A stretch of DNA of 31,921 nucleotides from a virus. The notes beneath the pieces were generated by a model that saw nothing but the letters and a program-made list of their open reading frames with translations, did no database searches and had not been told where the DNA came from. A program made the translations under genes and the position numbers. Each line of letters begins with the position of its first letter. Position 1 is the first letter of the stretch. The stretch lies in IMG/VR virus record IMGVR_UViG_3300017779_000074. The stretch is one strand, 5' to 3'. Positions 20,405 through 28,945 of this stretch are shown here, piece by piece.

Positions 20405-21309
20405 TCGATATAACCTATAGCGTTAATTGACCAGTTTAATAAGGTTGGCGAGCTGTAACTAGGCTGCTTCAAACTGCCATCTATAGTGCAGAAATATAAC
20501 TTCTGCTGTTCTGATATCTTATTATCGTTAGAGCCAGCCGCGTCCTTATTATACATAAAGAAAAATGGGTAGTGTGATAAAAAGTAACCAGCATAATCTA
20601 TAAATGGATAGGTCTTTAAATGACCGTTGATCTTTGTATACTGGGCTGAATCAGTAGTTGTATATAGATCAGCCTCACTGAAATGCTGTAAGTTAATGCT
20701 TATTTTTTGCGGCACTTTTTTTACATCACTACTTAAATAATTAGCATTGTTGTTTCTTTTGATTGACGCTTTATAAGGTGTAAAGCTAGGCGGTATAAAA
20801 GGCGCAGAGATTTCAACGTGGTCAGTAAGCCAGTGACCCATTGATAAAATAGAAATATAGCTATCAGCGCCCCAACCTACAGTTTCTATCGTTAATCTTC
20901 GTACAGATACAGAGGCATCAAAAACAGCACCAAAAGGTGAGTATAAATTATCTTCTGGCTTGTAAGTGTTGCTAGTGTAGGGAGCGCCCTTAAAATCAGT
21001 ATCAATGTTACCAGAAGTATCGGTATCGTATAAAATCTTAATACCTTGGTTTCGGGTCAGATTATGACCATAAATAGCAAAGCCATTCACAGTTGTAGCA
21101 ACAGGAAAAGTAATTGTAATGAATGCTTTTTTAAGGCTTGAGTCGACTCTAAACGAAGTAGCACCACTATCATCTATACAATTAACAAACGGATAACCTT
21201 CGGCAGAACCGTAGGTAGCATTCTCTGTAGATACAACAGTAGTTTGACCTGACTTCCTGCGCCAGTATTCGTGGTGCAGTTTGTTTTCCAGTAAAAGTGC
21301 TCCAGACAT
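20401..21309 (-). CDS. Minor tail protein in the distal-tail-protein position (302 aa)
   Basis: It follows the tape measure directly, with ATGA-type overlaps at both ends. The call rests on position only. Confidence 0.45.
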   Translation of the reverse strand: MSGALLLENKLHHEYWRRKSGQTTVVSTENATYGSAEGYPFVNCIDDSGATSFRVDSSLKKAFITITFPVATTVNGFAIYGHNLTRNQGIKILYDTDTSGNIDTDFKGAPYTSNTYKPEDNLYSPFGAVFDASVSVRRLTIETVGWGADSYISILSMGHWLTDHVEISAPFIPPSFTPYKASIKRNNNANYLSSDVKKVPQKISINLQHFSEADLYTTTDSAQYTKINGHLKTYPFIDYAGYFLSHYPFFFMYNKDAAGSNDNKISEQQKLYFCTIDGSLKQPSYSSPTLLNWSINAIGYIE

Positions 21310-23615
21310 TATGTACCTACCAATGCGTTAATTTCTAAGCCATCTTCAGTGGCTTCGTTAATGGCTTCTATGATACGTCTTGCACCCTCTGGGTCAATAG
21401 AGCCGTCTACTGTTACGTTAATAGGTTGTGGTGCAATAACTTCATTTATTTGATCTTCTGGTTGTATTGGTGGTGAGGCTATTGCTGGGGTTGCGCCACC
21501 GCCACCGCCACCGCCACCGCCACCGCCACCGCCACCGCCACCAGACGATGAACCACCAAACTTTTGCGCCTGTATTCCTCTGATGCTATTCATACCTGTG
21601 CCTAAAGCGTAAGCAACCGCAGGTATCGCCATCGGCCAGCCTAACTTCACACCAGCATTGACACCCTCATACATAGTTATGTATGCGTTAGCAATACCAG
21701 CAGCTTTTTGCAATTTGAACATTTTTTTACTTTGACCTGCAAACTCGCCGAAAGCCTTAGTATACATACCAGTCATAAACTTGGCTTTTTCCACCTCACT
21801 TAGCTTTTCAAACTTATCCCTTTTGATTTTAGCTTGAGCATCAAGATCGCCTAATCTTGCTTTTCGTTTAAGCTCTTTTTCCTCTCTAGCTACTCTTGCA
21901 TCAGCCTTTTGTTGTTCTTTTTCTTCAATAACCACTAACTCTTGGTCATACTCAGCTCTAATTCTTTCAAGTTTAGCTTGAAGTAATACTTCTGCTGTAG
22001 TTTCTTCAATCTCCCCAGCAGCAAGCATTCTATCTATATCTTGTTGGGCTAGTTGATCTTTAAGCTCTTTTTCAAACAAGGCAGCTTCTGTGAGCCTATC
22101 TTGACGCTCAAGTTGGAAGATAGCTGCCTGACCCATTTCTTCTTCTGCGGCTAATTGGTTTGCAGCTTTAGCTTCTTCCCTTCTAATTCTTTCTTTTTCT
22201 GCTTTATCGGCAGCTCTTTTTTCATCAGCAGCAGCAGCTTTTTCTTTAAGCTCTTGTTCTTTATCGTATTTATCTAATAACGGCTTGAAAATTTTCATCA
22301 TAGGGTCATCTTTTGTCCCTACAGTAGATGAACTCTCAGGAACATCAAACTCATCTTCTCCAGTCTCTCTATCCCTGCGACCCTCAATAGCCAAAGATGA
22401 AGCTCTTGATGCAGCAAAAGCCTCTTTCCTCATTTTTACTAATTGCTGAGTTTTTTCAGCTATTTTTTCTCCAAATAATGAGTCAGCAGAATCTTTTTGA
22501 CCAAGCATTACTAGAGCAGCGTAAGCGCTTTTTAAAAAGTTTACCTCTTGTGTTAGCTCTGTGAACTCCTCTTTACCTGACGGCGTTAATGCCTTGCCGA
22601 AATCCTCAATACCACGAAAAACAGCAGCAATAACACCAACAACAGAGGTCGCTTTATCTGCTAGTCCAGCAGCCTTTGCTATTTGTATTGAAGCGTTGGT
22701 TATGTTTTCTCCAAGTAAATCTGTAGCAGCAGCTAGACCGCCGCCTTCGCCAGCACCTTTTAACTTGCCTTCTATCTTACTAAGAATAATATCTTGAGCT
22801 TCAAGTAGTTTATTGCTTTCTGCTAATTGTTTTATCTTGTCTTTTTCGGCTTGAGTAAAAGTTATACCAGCGCGAGTCATAGCGGTTAGGTTGCCGATTG
22901 GGTCTTCTAAGGCTTTTGCTAATGTTTTAGCGGAACTAGCAGCAGTCACACCCATTACTGCGGAAAGATCAACAGAGGCGTTTACAGCCCTCTCAAAGAC
23001 ATCTCCCTGAACTTTACCAAAGCTAAGTAAGATGCCTTGAACATCTCGTATTCCTGCGGCACTAGCTAGGGTGTCTCTCCCTACTTGCATTGCCATTGAG
23101 TCTAGCTGTTTTGCTGTGAACCCTGCCGAGTTACCTGTAGCTTTAGTGATAGCTTCAAGTTTAAGCATCTGCGTTTCGTAAGCAGAAAAAGCCTGTAAGG
23201 AATTTTTAACTATTGTTGTTACTCCAGCAAGAGCAACACCAGCAGCAATACCGCTTGCGCCAAACCTATCAAGACCAGTAGCCAAGAATGATAATCGACC
23301 AGAAACCCCACCAAGTGGGCCAGTCATTACGGCAGCAGAGTTAGATGCTTGCTTCAAAGAAGTAACCATCTTGTCAGTGCTTTTTGTTGTTTTCTTTTGC
23401 TGATCGCCTAGCTTTTTAGTAGCTTTTGTTAGCTTATCTTCTTTTTGTGTAAGTTTTTCTGTAGCTTGTTCAGATTTTTTCCTAGCTTTAGTTCCGTCAT
23501 CAATAGATCGAGCAGATTTACCAGACTCTTTTGCAAGTTTTTTTAACTCATCATTAGCTTTTTTAAGTTGAGCAGTGTTGGCCTCAAATATCAGTCTTGC
23601 GATTGTGTCTGCCAT
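21309..23615 (-). CDS. Tail tape measure protein (768 aa)
   Basis: A long Ala/Lys/Glu-rich coiled coil with Gly/Ala hydrophobic segments and a C-terminal G16 tract. It sits after the chaperone genes. Confidence 0.9.
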   Translation of the reverse strand: MADTIARLIFEANTAQLKKANDELKKLAKESGKSARSIDDGTKARKKSEQATEKLTQKEDKLTKATKKLGDQQKKTTKSTDKMVTSLKQASNSAAVMTGPLGGVSGRLSFLATGLDRFGASGIAAGVALAGVTTIVKNSLQAFSAYETQMLKLEAITKATGNSAGFTAKQLDSMAMQVGRDTLASAAGIRDVQGILLSFGKVQGDVFERAVNASVDLSAVMGVTAASSAKTLAKALEDPIGNLTAMTRAGITFTQAEKDKIKQLAESNKLLEAQDIILSKIEGKLKGAGEGGGLAAATDLLGENITNASIQIAKAAGLADKATSVVGVIAAVFRGIEDFGKALTPSGKEEFTELTQEVNFLKSAYAALVMLGQKDSADSLFGEKIAEKTQQLVKMRKEAFAASRASSLAIEGRRDRETGEDEFDVPESSSTVGTKDDPMMKIFKPLLDKYDKEQELKEKAAAADEKRAADKAEKERIRREEAKAANQLAAEEEMGQAAIFQLERQDRLTEAALFEKELKDQLAQQDIDRMLAAGEIEETTAEVLLQAKLERIRAEYDQELVVIEEKEQQKADARVAREEKELKRKARLGDLDAQAKIKRDKFEKLSEVEKAKFMTGMYTKAFGEFAGQSKKMFKLQKAAGIANAYITMYEGVNAGVKLGWPMAIPAVAYALGTGMNSIRGIQAQKFGGSSSGGGGGGGGGGGGGGGGATPAIASPPIQPEDQINEVIAPQPINVTVDGSIDPEGARRIIEAINEATEDGLEINALVGT
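21495..21542 (-). repeat. Perfect hexanucleotide microsatellite (GGTGGC)x8 encoding Gly16 in the tape measure
   Basis: Plus strand reads gccacc x8 without interruption. Confidence 0.95.
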
Positions 23616-23800
23616 TGTTTTAGCCTTTCTTCATCTAAGCCTAAAATGGCATTTATTTGCCATCTATCTAAGTGTTCGTCATACAGTTTAGAGTAAGCCA
23701 ATATATCTTGCAGACCTATACTCTCCACACCTTTAGAGATTAGACAGTAAGCATTCCAAGTGCTGATAAGGTGGTCGTCAAGGGTAGGCTGATCGTGCAA
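23591..23800 (-). CDS. Tail assembly chaperone T-like segment (69 aa from the TTG; frame open up to 23882)
   Basis: STWNAYCLISKGVESIGLQDILAYSKLYDEHLDRWQINAILGLDEERLK resembles gpT/TAC C-terminal domains (memory). It overlaps the tape measure start. How it is expressed is unclear; see findings. Confidence 0.5.
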   Translation of the reverse strand: MHDQPTLDDHLISTWNAYCLISKGVESIGLQDILAYSKLYDEHLDRWQINAILGLDEERLKQWQTQSQD

Positions 23801-23913
23801 CTCTCTAGGAGCGCGGCCAGATATTCTTTCAATAGCTTTCCACTGTTCTAGCCTTGTGGATTTACTACCCTTGATTCTACCGTTAGCAAAAAAAACCCAT
23901 TTGCCAAACGCGA

Positions 23914-24285
23914 TTATTTTTTCGGCTTGGCTGTCGTAAAATTTGACCTGTCAGCCATAAAAGTGTCAATCTGATCTCTGATGTAAGGGGCTTTTGTGTA
24001 TAACTCCTTGCATAACTTTTTAGTAAACTTTTCGTCCGTACCACGCCAACCTATTGTTGATGCAACCAAACTATCTATAGTCATTAACTCGTCATCAAAG
24101 TCTTTGTTCGCTCTAAGAGCTTCCATATATGATTTCTGCTGCTTCTTCGCTTGCGCTCGGAATACAGGAGAGTCCATACCCATTACTTTAATGAAAAGAC
24201 CTGTTTCATTACCTTGGTCGTCAATAATTTCTATTTCAGAGCCAGCTTCGTGTAAATCAGTTGTGTATAGTTCACTAACTTTCAT
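23914..24285 (-). CDS. Tail assembly chaperone (gpG-like, 123 aa)
   Basis: Acidic protein between the tail tube and tape measure genes. It ends ...AAG CCG AAA AAA TAA. Confidence 0.65.
   Translation of the reverse strand: MKVSELYTTDLHEAGSEIEIIDDQGNETGLFIKVMGMDSPVFRAQAKKQQKSYMEALRANKDFDDELMTIDSLVASTIGWRGTDEKFTKKLCKELYTKAPYIRDQIDTFMADRSNFTTAKPKK
23917..23922 (-). other. A6 tract immediately 5' of the chaperone stop codon (candidate slippery site)
   Basis: CCG AAA AAA TAA on the minus strand. The -1 frame is open from here for only 22 codons. Confidence 0.4.
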
Positions 24286-24310
24286 AAATCACCCTTTTTT
24301 AGTTAAGTAA

Positions 24311-24329
24311 AGCCCCGACTAGCGAGGCT
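24311..24329 (-). terminator. Weak hairpin after the tail tube gene (possible attenuator)
   Basis: The RNA AGCCUCG-CUAGU-CGGGGCU forms a 7-bp stem with one G-U pair. The following U-tract is short (UUUACUU). Confidence 0.3.
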
Positions 24330-24337
24330 ATTTAGTA

Positions 24338-25273
24338 TTACTGTAAATCTGTATCAATTACTAATGCAGAAGTTGCTGCGTTATTAGCTACTGCAACAAA
24401 GTCCATAGATACGGATAATAACCCTTCACCGCCTACTTCAACAGCACCAGTAGTATAGATGATTTTAGCCATAGTGAAGCTAAAACCAGTAGCGCCTGAA
24501 CCAAAGCTGACTGTTAAAGAGCTTGAAGTGTTACCAATAAACTTCTCTAAGAGAGCATCGCTTTGAAAGTGAGCAGTTACAGAGCCACTTACACGACACT
24601 TACCAATACCACCTTGAATTGGAATAACCGCACCAACCTTGTTAGTAGTCTCAATACCGTTCTCAACAGACAAAGAAAGGTCTGTTAAGATCGCATCAAG
24701 CTCACTAGAGGTAATTGTAGCGTCAGAAGAATGGAAAGGGTTGTTAGCTTCAACGTAATTACTTCCACCGTCATCTGGGTCAGTATCAGAAGGTGCAGTT
24801 TCAGTAGTCATTGTTGCGCCAACAATACCAACAGAGCACTCAATAAGTCCGTCAGCAGGAACACTCATTGAAAAGCTGTTAAACTCACAACCTTTATAAA
24901 TGTGAGCGTCATCACCACCGTTTAGGTCAGTGCCGAAATCTTGAGCTATAGTGTAAGATTGACGAACTGAGCCAATCTCCATAGCACCACCACTTAACGC
25001 ATTATCTCCCAAAACTCCGCGCAACATTTCTATGTATGCTGGCTGGTGTGCTAGATCAAAAGAGATTTCACCTGTAACAGAGTGAGCACCCATAATTACG
25101 TCTTGTAATTCACGATTACCAGTAATAACCGCAGATTCGTGGTTAGTCTTAGCTAAACTTAAACTAGCAGACTTAAAAGGAATGATTGTGTAGTCAGTCC
25201 CAGTAGCTGCTGTTCCATAAGTTGTTTCTTCTTTAAAACCAACTACAACGTTAGTTCCACTTGCAATTGCCAT
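24338..25273 (-). CDS. Major tail tube protein (311 aa)
   Basis: It lies between the neck proteins and the chaperones. Beta-rich, Thr/Ser/Gly-rich composition. Confidence 0.6.
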   Translation of the reverse strand: MAIASGTNVVVGFKEETTYGTAATGTDYTIIPFKSASLSLAKTNHESAVITGNRELQDVIMGAHSVTGEISFDLAHQPAYIEMLRGVLGDNALSGGAMEIGSVRQSYTIAQDFGTDLNGGDDAHIYKGCEFNSFSMSVPADGLIECSVGIVGATMTTETAPSDTDPDDGGSNYVEANNPFHSSDATITSSELDAILTDLSLSVENGIETTNKVGAVIPIQGGIGKCRVSGSVTAHFQSDALLEKFIGNTSSSLTVSFGSGATGFSFTMAKIIYTTGAVEVGGEGLLSVSMDFVAVANNAATSALVIDTDLQ

Positions 25274-25275
25274 AA

Positions 25276-25722
25276 TTAACTCCTAGCGGGCGTTACCGCA
25301 TAATAAGATACATCTATATTTCTAACAAAAAATGCACCATCTCTGCGCCCAACGCCTAGTGATACGTTCAAAATTCTAACGGTAGTACCACTGTGGGTTA
25401 AAACCGTACCTCGTTTAAATGTGTTAGCTATTGAATCCATATCGTCTTCAAATGCACCAATGCCAACTTCATTAAAATAATCTATCTGGAATATACCTTG
25501 ATGGTAGTCTGTTCCAGTAGTACCTAGTGACGCTGCTGTTGTATCAGCAGGTAACAAAGTTCCTCTAATCCATTTTATACCAGCAGTTCCTTTATCAAAA
25601 GTAGATAAATCAACTTCTTGATTCTCAAAGACTCTATTGGTAAATCCTAAAGAGGATAAGCCATCAAACTTAGCCTCTAGGGCTACCCTAATGTTTCTAT
25701 AGTCTCTAGCAGTATCGCTCAT
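25276..25722 (-). CDS. Tail terminator / tail completion protein (148 aa)
   Basis: Last neck-module gene before the tail tube. The call rests on position. Confidence 0.45.
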   Translation of the reverse strand: MSDTARDYRNIRVALEAKFDGLSSLGFTNRVFENQEVDLSTFDKGTAGIKWIRGTLLPADTTAASLGTTGTDYHQGIFQIDYFNEVGIGAFEDDMDSIANTFKRGTVLTHSGTTVRILNVSLGVGRRDGAFFVRNIDVSYYAVTPARS

Positions 25723-26111
25723 TTAGTGCCTGCATTTAAAATGTTAGTTCTAAGCATACCTTTAGGGTTTTGCCACGGACGCTTAGGTTCTCTTTCACCG
25801 CCAAACTCAACTCGATTTGCATACTCAACACCATTGGTAAGAAAAAACTTCTGCCCAATAGTTTTTGGTGTTATTTCTTTGGCAACAGCCTTATAGCTAC
25901 TTACACTATCTTGACCACTCTTACCTTCAGACCTATCTACAGCTAACGGAGAGCCAATAGTGGCGTTCCAATTATTAATAAGCTTACCAGTAATAACTGG
26001 GGTATCGGCTACTATACCGTTACAAACTTTTGAATAGTTTTTTTCCACAAACTTAGCTGCGTCAACCATCATTTGATCTGCTGCGGCTTTAACTTCTGAG
26101 TCGAAGCTCAT
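25719..26111 (-). CDS. Neck/head-tail joining protein, HK97 gp10-like (130 aa)
   Basis: ADTPVITGKLINNW resembles the D.P..TG.L..sw motif of the gp10 family (memory). ATGA overlap with the next gene. Confidence 0.5.
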   Translation of the reverse strand: MSFDSEVKAAADQMMVDAAKFVEKNYSKVCNGIVADTPVITGKLINNWNATIGSPLAVDRSEGKSGQDSVSSYKAVAKEITPKTIGQKFFLTNGVEYANRVEFGGEREPKRPWQNPKGMLRTNILNAGTK

Positions 26112-26442
26112 AATATATTACCGTAGTCGCTGGCTGCACTGGGTTAATCTCTACAACTCTTAATTTCTCAGAGTTAATTGTTGCTGTATCACCAATCTTA
26201 GGTGGTGTTGAAGTATACGCAACGGCTGGAATCTCGATAATCTGTGTAGTGTTATCGCTTTCTTCAGCCTTACTCTCATTGAATAAAACTACTTTAGCAG
26301 TGTATGTCGTTTGGTTTGTGCTACTCATACCCGAAGATGGGTTGTAGCTTCCACGACTGAAACGCGAGAAGGTTACAGACTGACCGAAATCAGTGAGTAT
26401 TCTATCTGCTGTACTTGCTAGTGGTGCATAGTCAAAGGCCAT
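26089..26442 (-). CDS. Head closure / adaptor protein (117 aa)
   Basis: Position within the head-tail connector block. Confidence 0.45.
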   Translation of the reverse strand: MAFDYAPLASTADRILTDFGQSVTFSRFSRGSYNPSSGMSSTNQTTYTAKVVLFNESKAEESDNTTQIIEIPAVAYTSTPPKIGDTATINSEKLRVVEINPVQPATTVIYYELRLRS

Positions 26443-26921
26443 TATGCCCTCACAACCCTCATAGGGTTTTTAATTAGCTTTCTAAGCGCCTGAGAGGCTG
26501 CTGGTAGCAAAGTACGATCTGCGCTAGAGTTCTTATACTCTACTTCAATCTCGCCTATCTTCTCTTTTACAGTCTCTCTGGAGATGGGGTCGTTAATACC
26601 AAAACCCTGCTCAAAGCCATAAGCTAATTCATAAATCGCAATTAGCACTTCATTAGGTATTTCATTGTTATCTTTCCCAAAGCCGTCAATAACAATCCCA
26701 CTACGAGGCCATTGCATTGATTGTGCTTCGGTTGCTTTAAGCCCTATAAATGGTAAGGACTCAAAATAATCTGTAGCTCGCAGAATATATGCTTCTGCTT
26801 GAGCGTCACTTATATCTACTCTGCTTGTGTATCTTGCATTTAGATAGGTGTCGTAATTGGCAACAGTAACATAGCTGTTAGCAGTTGTTGATTGCGAACC
26901 TGTTTCTACCGTTAAAGCCAT
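26442..26921 (-). CDS. Head-tail connector (gp6-like adaptor, 159 aa)
   Basis: First gene after the capsid terminator. The N-terminal YVTVANYDTYLNARY...AQAEAYILRATDYFE recalls gp6-like adaptors (memory). Confidence 0.5.
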   Translation of the reverse strand: MALTVETGSQSTTANSYVTVANYDTYLNARYTSRVDISDAQAEAYILRATDYFESLPFIGLKATEAQSMQWPRSGIVIDGFGKDNNEIPNEVLIAIYELAYGFEQGFGINDPISRETVKEKIGEIEVEYKNSSADRTLLPAASQALRKLIKNPMRVVRA

Positions 26922-26932
26922 TTCATCACCTT

Positions 26933-26985
26933 AAAAAAATGGCCGACCTGCAAGGGAAAGGGAGGGAAACCCAAGCAAGCCGACC
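26933..26985 (-). terminator. Intrinsic terminator/attenuator after the major capsid gene
   Basis: The RNA GGUCGGCUUGCUUGGG-[UUUCCCUCCCUUU]-CCCUUGCAGGUCGGCC forms a long imperfect stem with G-U pairs and a 2-nt mismatch, followed by AUUUUUUU. Confidence 0.5.
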
Positions 26986-26999
26986 AAAGCACTACGAAC

Positions 27000-28193
27000 T
27001 TACTGGTAAATGTTACCGATGAAGTCAGATTTCCAAGCCTTAACGCCCCAACAAGCGGCAACTTCGATCATAGACTTACGGTAGCCTTTGTAGATGCGTA
27101 CTTCAAATACTAGACCTGAAATTGGGTCTTGTACAAGAATTGCATCATCAGCAGCATCACCAACAGACGGTAAAGCAGGTGCTCGCATACCAAGCTCAAG
27201 AGCGCGGCGATGGAACATAAGGTTAGACTGATAAGAAGCTACACGAGTAACTACGTCATCGTCATCTGCTTGAGTCAAGATACCTTTAGAACCGTTGATG
27301 ATAATGTTACCACCAGCAGCGCCAGAAGCAGTTTGAGTGTCAGAAGAAACAACATAACCAGAAGTAGTGTCACCAGCGTTAGTGATGATGTCACCATTCA
27401 AGATAGTGCCGCCGCCACCTGCGTCAACAGTCAAAGTAGTCTCACCAACAACTTCGTTTGAGCCATTGTTGATTGCCCAAGCAGCTTCAGTACCAGCAGT
27501 GTGAAGTGCAGACTGGCTAGACTCACGAACGCTTGCACCGAACAAGTTAGCTAAAGTGCCGTTGTTACGGAAGTCAGCAGTACCAGCGTGGTCAGCGAAA
27601 GCGTTAGTACGGCTTGCGCGGAAAGAACCACCAGCTTGAGTGTTCAATACAACAGAAACGTCATCAGTAGGCATACCATTGTCTACAAGTAAGCGGCGCA
27701 TTTTAGCAGCTTGCTCAAGACCAGTAGTAGTTGCTGAGAACGCAAATGGGTCAGTACCAACAGTACCTAAAGCGCGTGAAGCATTGTTTTTAGCTTCAAC
27801 GAAAAGATCGCTTTCCATTTGGTTAGCTAACTTACGCATTGCTTGTTGAACTAAGTCACCGTAAACAGTTTCGTAAGTACCAGCGTTACGCAATTGAAGC
27901 TCTTTCTCAGCACCCATTGGGATTTGGATAGCTTTAGCGTTAGTTAGTTGGAAAGTAGAAGCAGTTACAGTTTGATCTGAACCTTCAGGTACAGACATAA
28001 GACCGTTAGAGATGTCTACAAAAGCAGGTGCTTCAGAAGTTACAGCAGCTTTGATGGTGTCACCAACAGCAGCACGAGTGCTATCAGCGTTCATAGTTAC
28101 AGAAGGGATAAAGCCTACAGCTTCACGGCCTACAGTGTCAGCAGCGACATAGATGTCGTTTGCTAAGTTTGTCAAAGTTAAATCATTAGCCAT
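27000..28193 (-). CDS. Major capsid protein (397 aa)
   Basis: It follows the scaffold gene. RBS context is TTTTGGAGAA, and a terminator lies downstream. The N-terminus LANDIYVAADTVGREAVGFIPSV recalls P22-coat-like capsid proteins (memory). Confidence 0.8.
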   Translation of the reverse strand: MANDLTLTNLANDIYVAADTVGREAVGFIPSVTMNADSTRAAVGDTIKAAVTSEAPAFVDISNGLMSVPEGSDQTVTASTFQLTNAKAIQIPMGAEKELQLRNAGTYETVYGDLVQQAMRKLANQMESDLFVEAKNNASRALGTVGTDPFAFSATTTGLEQAAKMRRLLVDNGMPTDDVSVVLNTQAGGSFRASRTNAFADHAGTADFRNNGTLANLFGASVRESSQSALHTAGTEAAWAINNGSNEVVGETTLTVDAGGGGTILNGDIITNAGDTTSGYVVSSDTQTASGAAGGNIIINGSKGILTQADDDDVVTRVASYQSNLMFHRRALELGMRAPALPSVGDAADDAILVQDPISGLVFEVRIYKGYRKSMIEVAACWGVKAWKSDFIGNIYQ

Positions 28194-28217
28194 TAGAATG
28201 GTTCTCCAAAAGAGTAA

Positions 28218-28898
28218 TTAAATTATTTTGCCGCCAGATTTAACGAAAGACATTCTTTTCCGACTGTCCATTGCATCAAAATCTGATCGACTTACTTGTT
28301 TGGCATCTCCAGCCCCGCTGCTTCCACCTATTGCGCCGCCCCCAGCAGCTTGTGACCCGTCAACTAGAAACGGGTATTCCGCTTTAATTGATTGTGTCAA
28401 TTCTTCTACGCTACTAACGGTTAAGTTACCATTAGTATCTAAAACTCGTACCTCACCATCTACTAAAGATAGACGCGAGGATATTTGCTGCGACAACAAG
28501 TTGGCTCTAGCAGTGTCTTTAGTCAGTTGACCTGCGACCTTGCTTGCTTGTGTTGCTACCTGCTGCTGCTGTAAGTTAGCCTTTAAAGTTGCTAACTCAT
28601 CAGCCGCCTTCTGTCGCTCTGACTCAGAACTGTTGTATAACTGTTCAAAGTCGTTTGCCTTCCGCAGCTTTTCAGCCGTTTCTAGCCTTGCTAGTTCTTC
28701 CGCTTCCATTGCTTTTTGCTGTACCGTTTTCTTTTCGGTTAGCAATTCGTCAATCTTACGCTTCAAACCACTTACATCTTCTCTCGGTACACCGTCTACA
28801 TTCAATGTGTAGCCATCTTCGCCCTGCGAATATAACCCCTTAACTGAATCGTCTAACGTATCGAAACTTTCTTCACTCACTTTGTATTGAATAGTCAT
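28218..28898 (-). CDS. Scaffolding protein (226 aa)
   Basis: Gln/Glu/Ala/Lys-rich predicted coiled coil between the portal and capsid genes. Confidence 0.6.
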   Translation of the reverse strand: MTIQYKVSEESFDTLDDSVKGLYSQGEDGYTLNVDGVPREDVSGLKRKIDELLTEKKTVQQKAMEAEELARLETAEKLRKANDFEQLYNSSESERQKAADELATLKANLQQQQVATQASKVAGQLTKDTARANLLSQQISSRLSLVDGEVRVLDTNGNLTVSSVEELTQSIKAEYPFLVDGSQAAGGGAIGGSSGAGDAKQVSRSDFDAMDSRKRMSFVKSGGKII

Positions 28899-28945
28899 CT
28901 ATAACCCCTAGTTATAAAAATGTCGTCACCCTGTGACAATTGGTT

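Noticed and set aside
23591-24285. A textbook single -1 programmed frameshift joining the two chaperone ORFs
   Set aside because: I first assumed it, then traced the frames. The -1 frame terminates at 23849..23851, and the downstream ORF lies in the +1 frame behind a TAA at 23883..23885. The simple model fails on this sequence (see finding).
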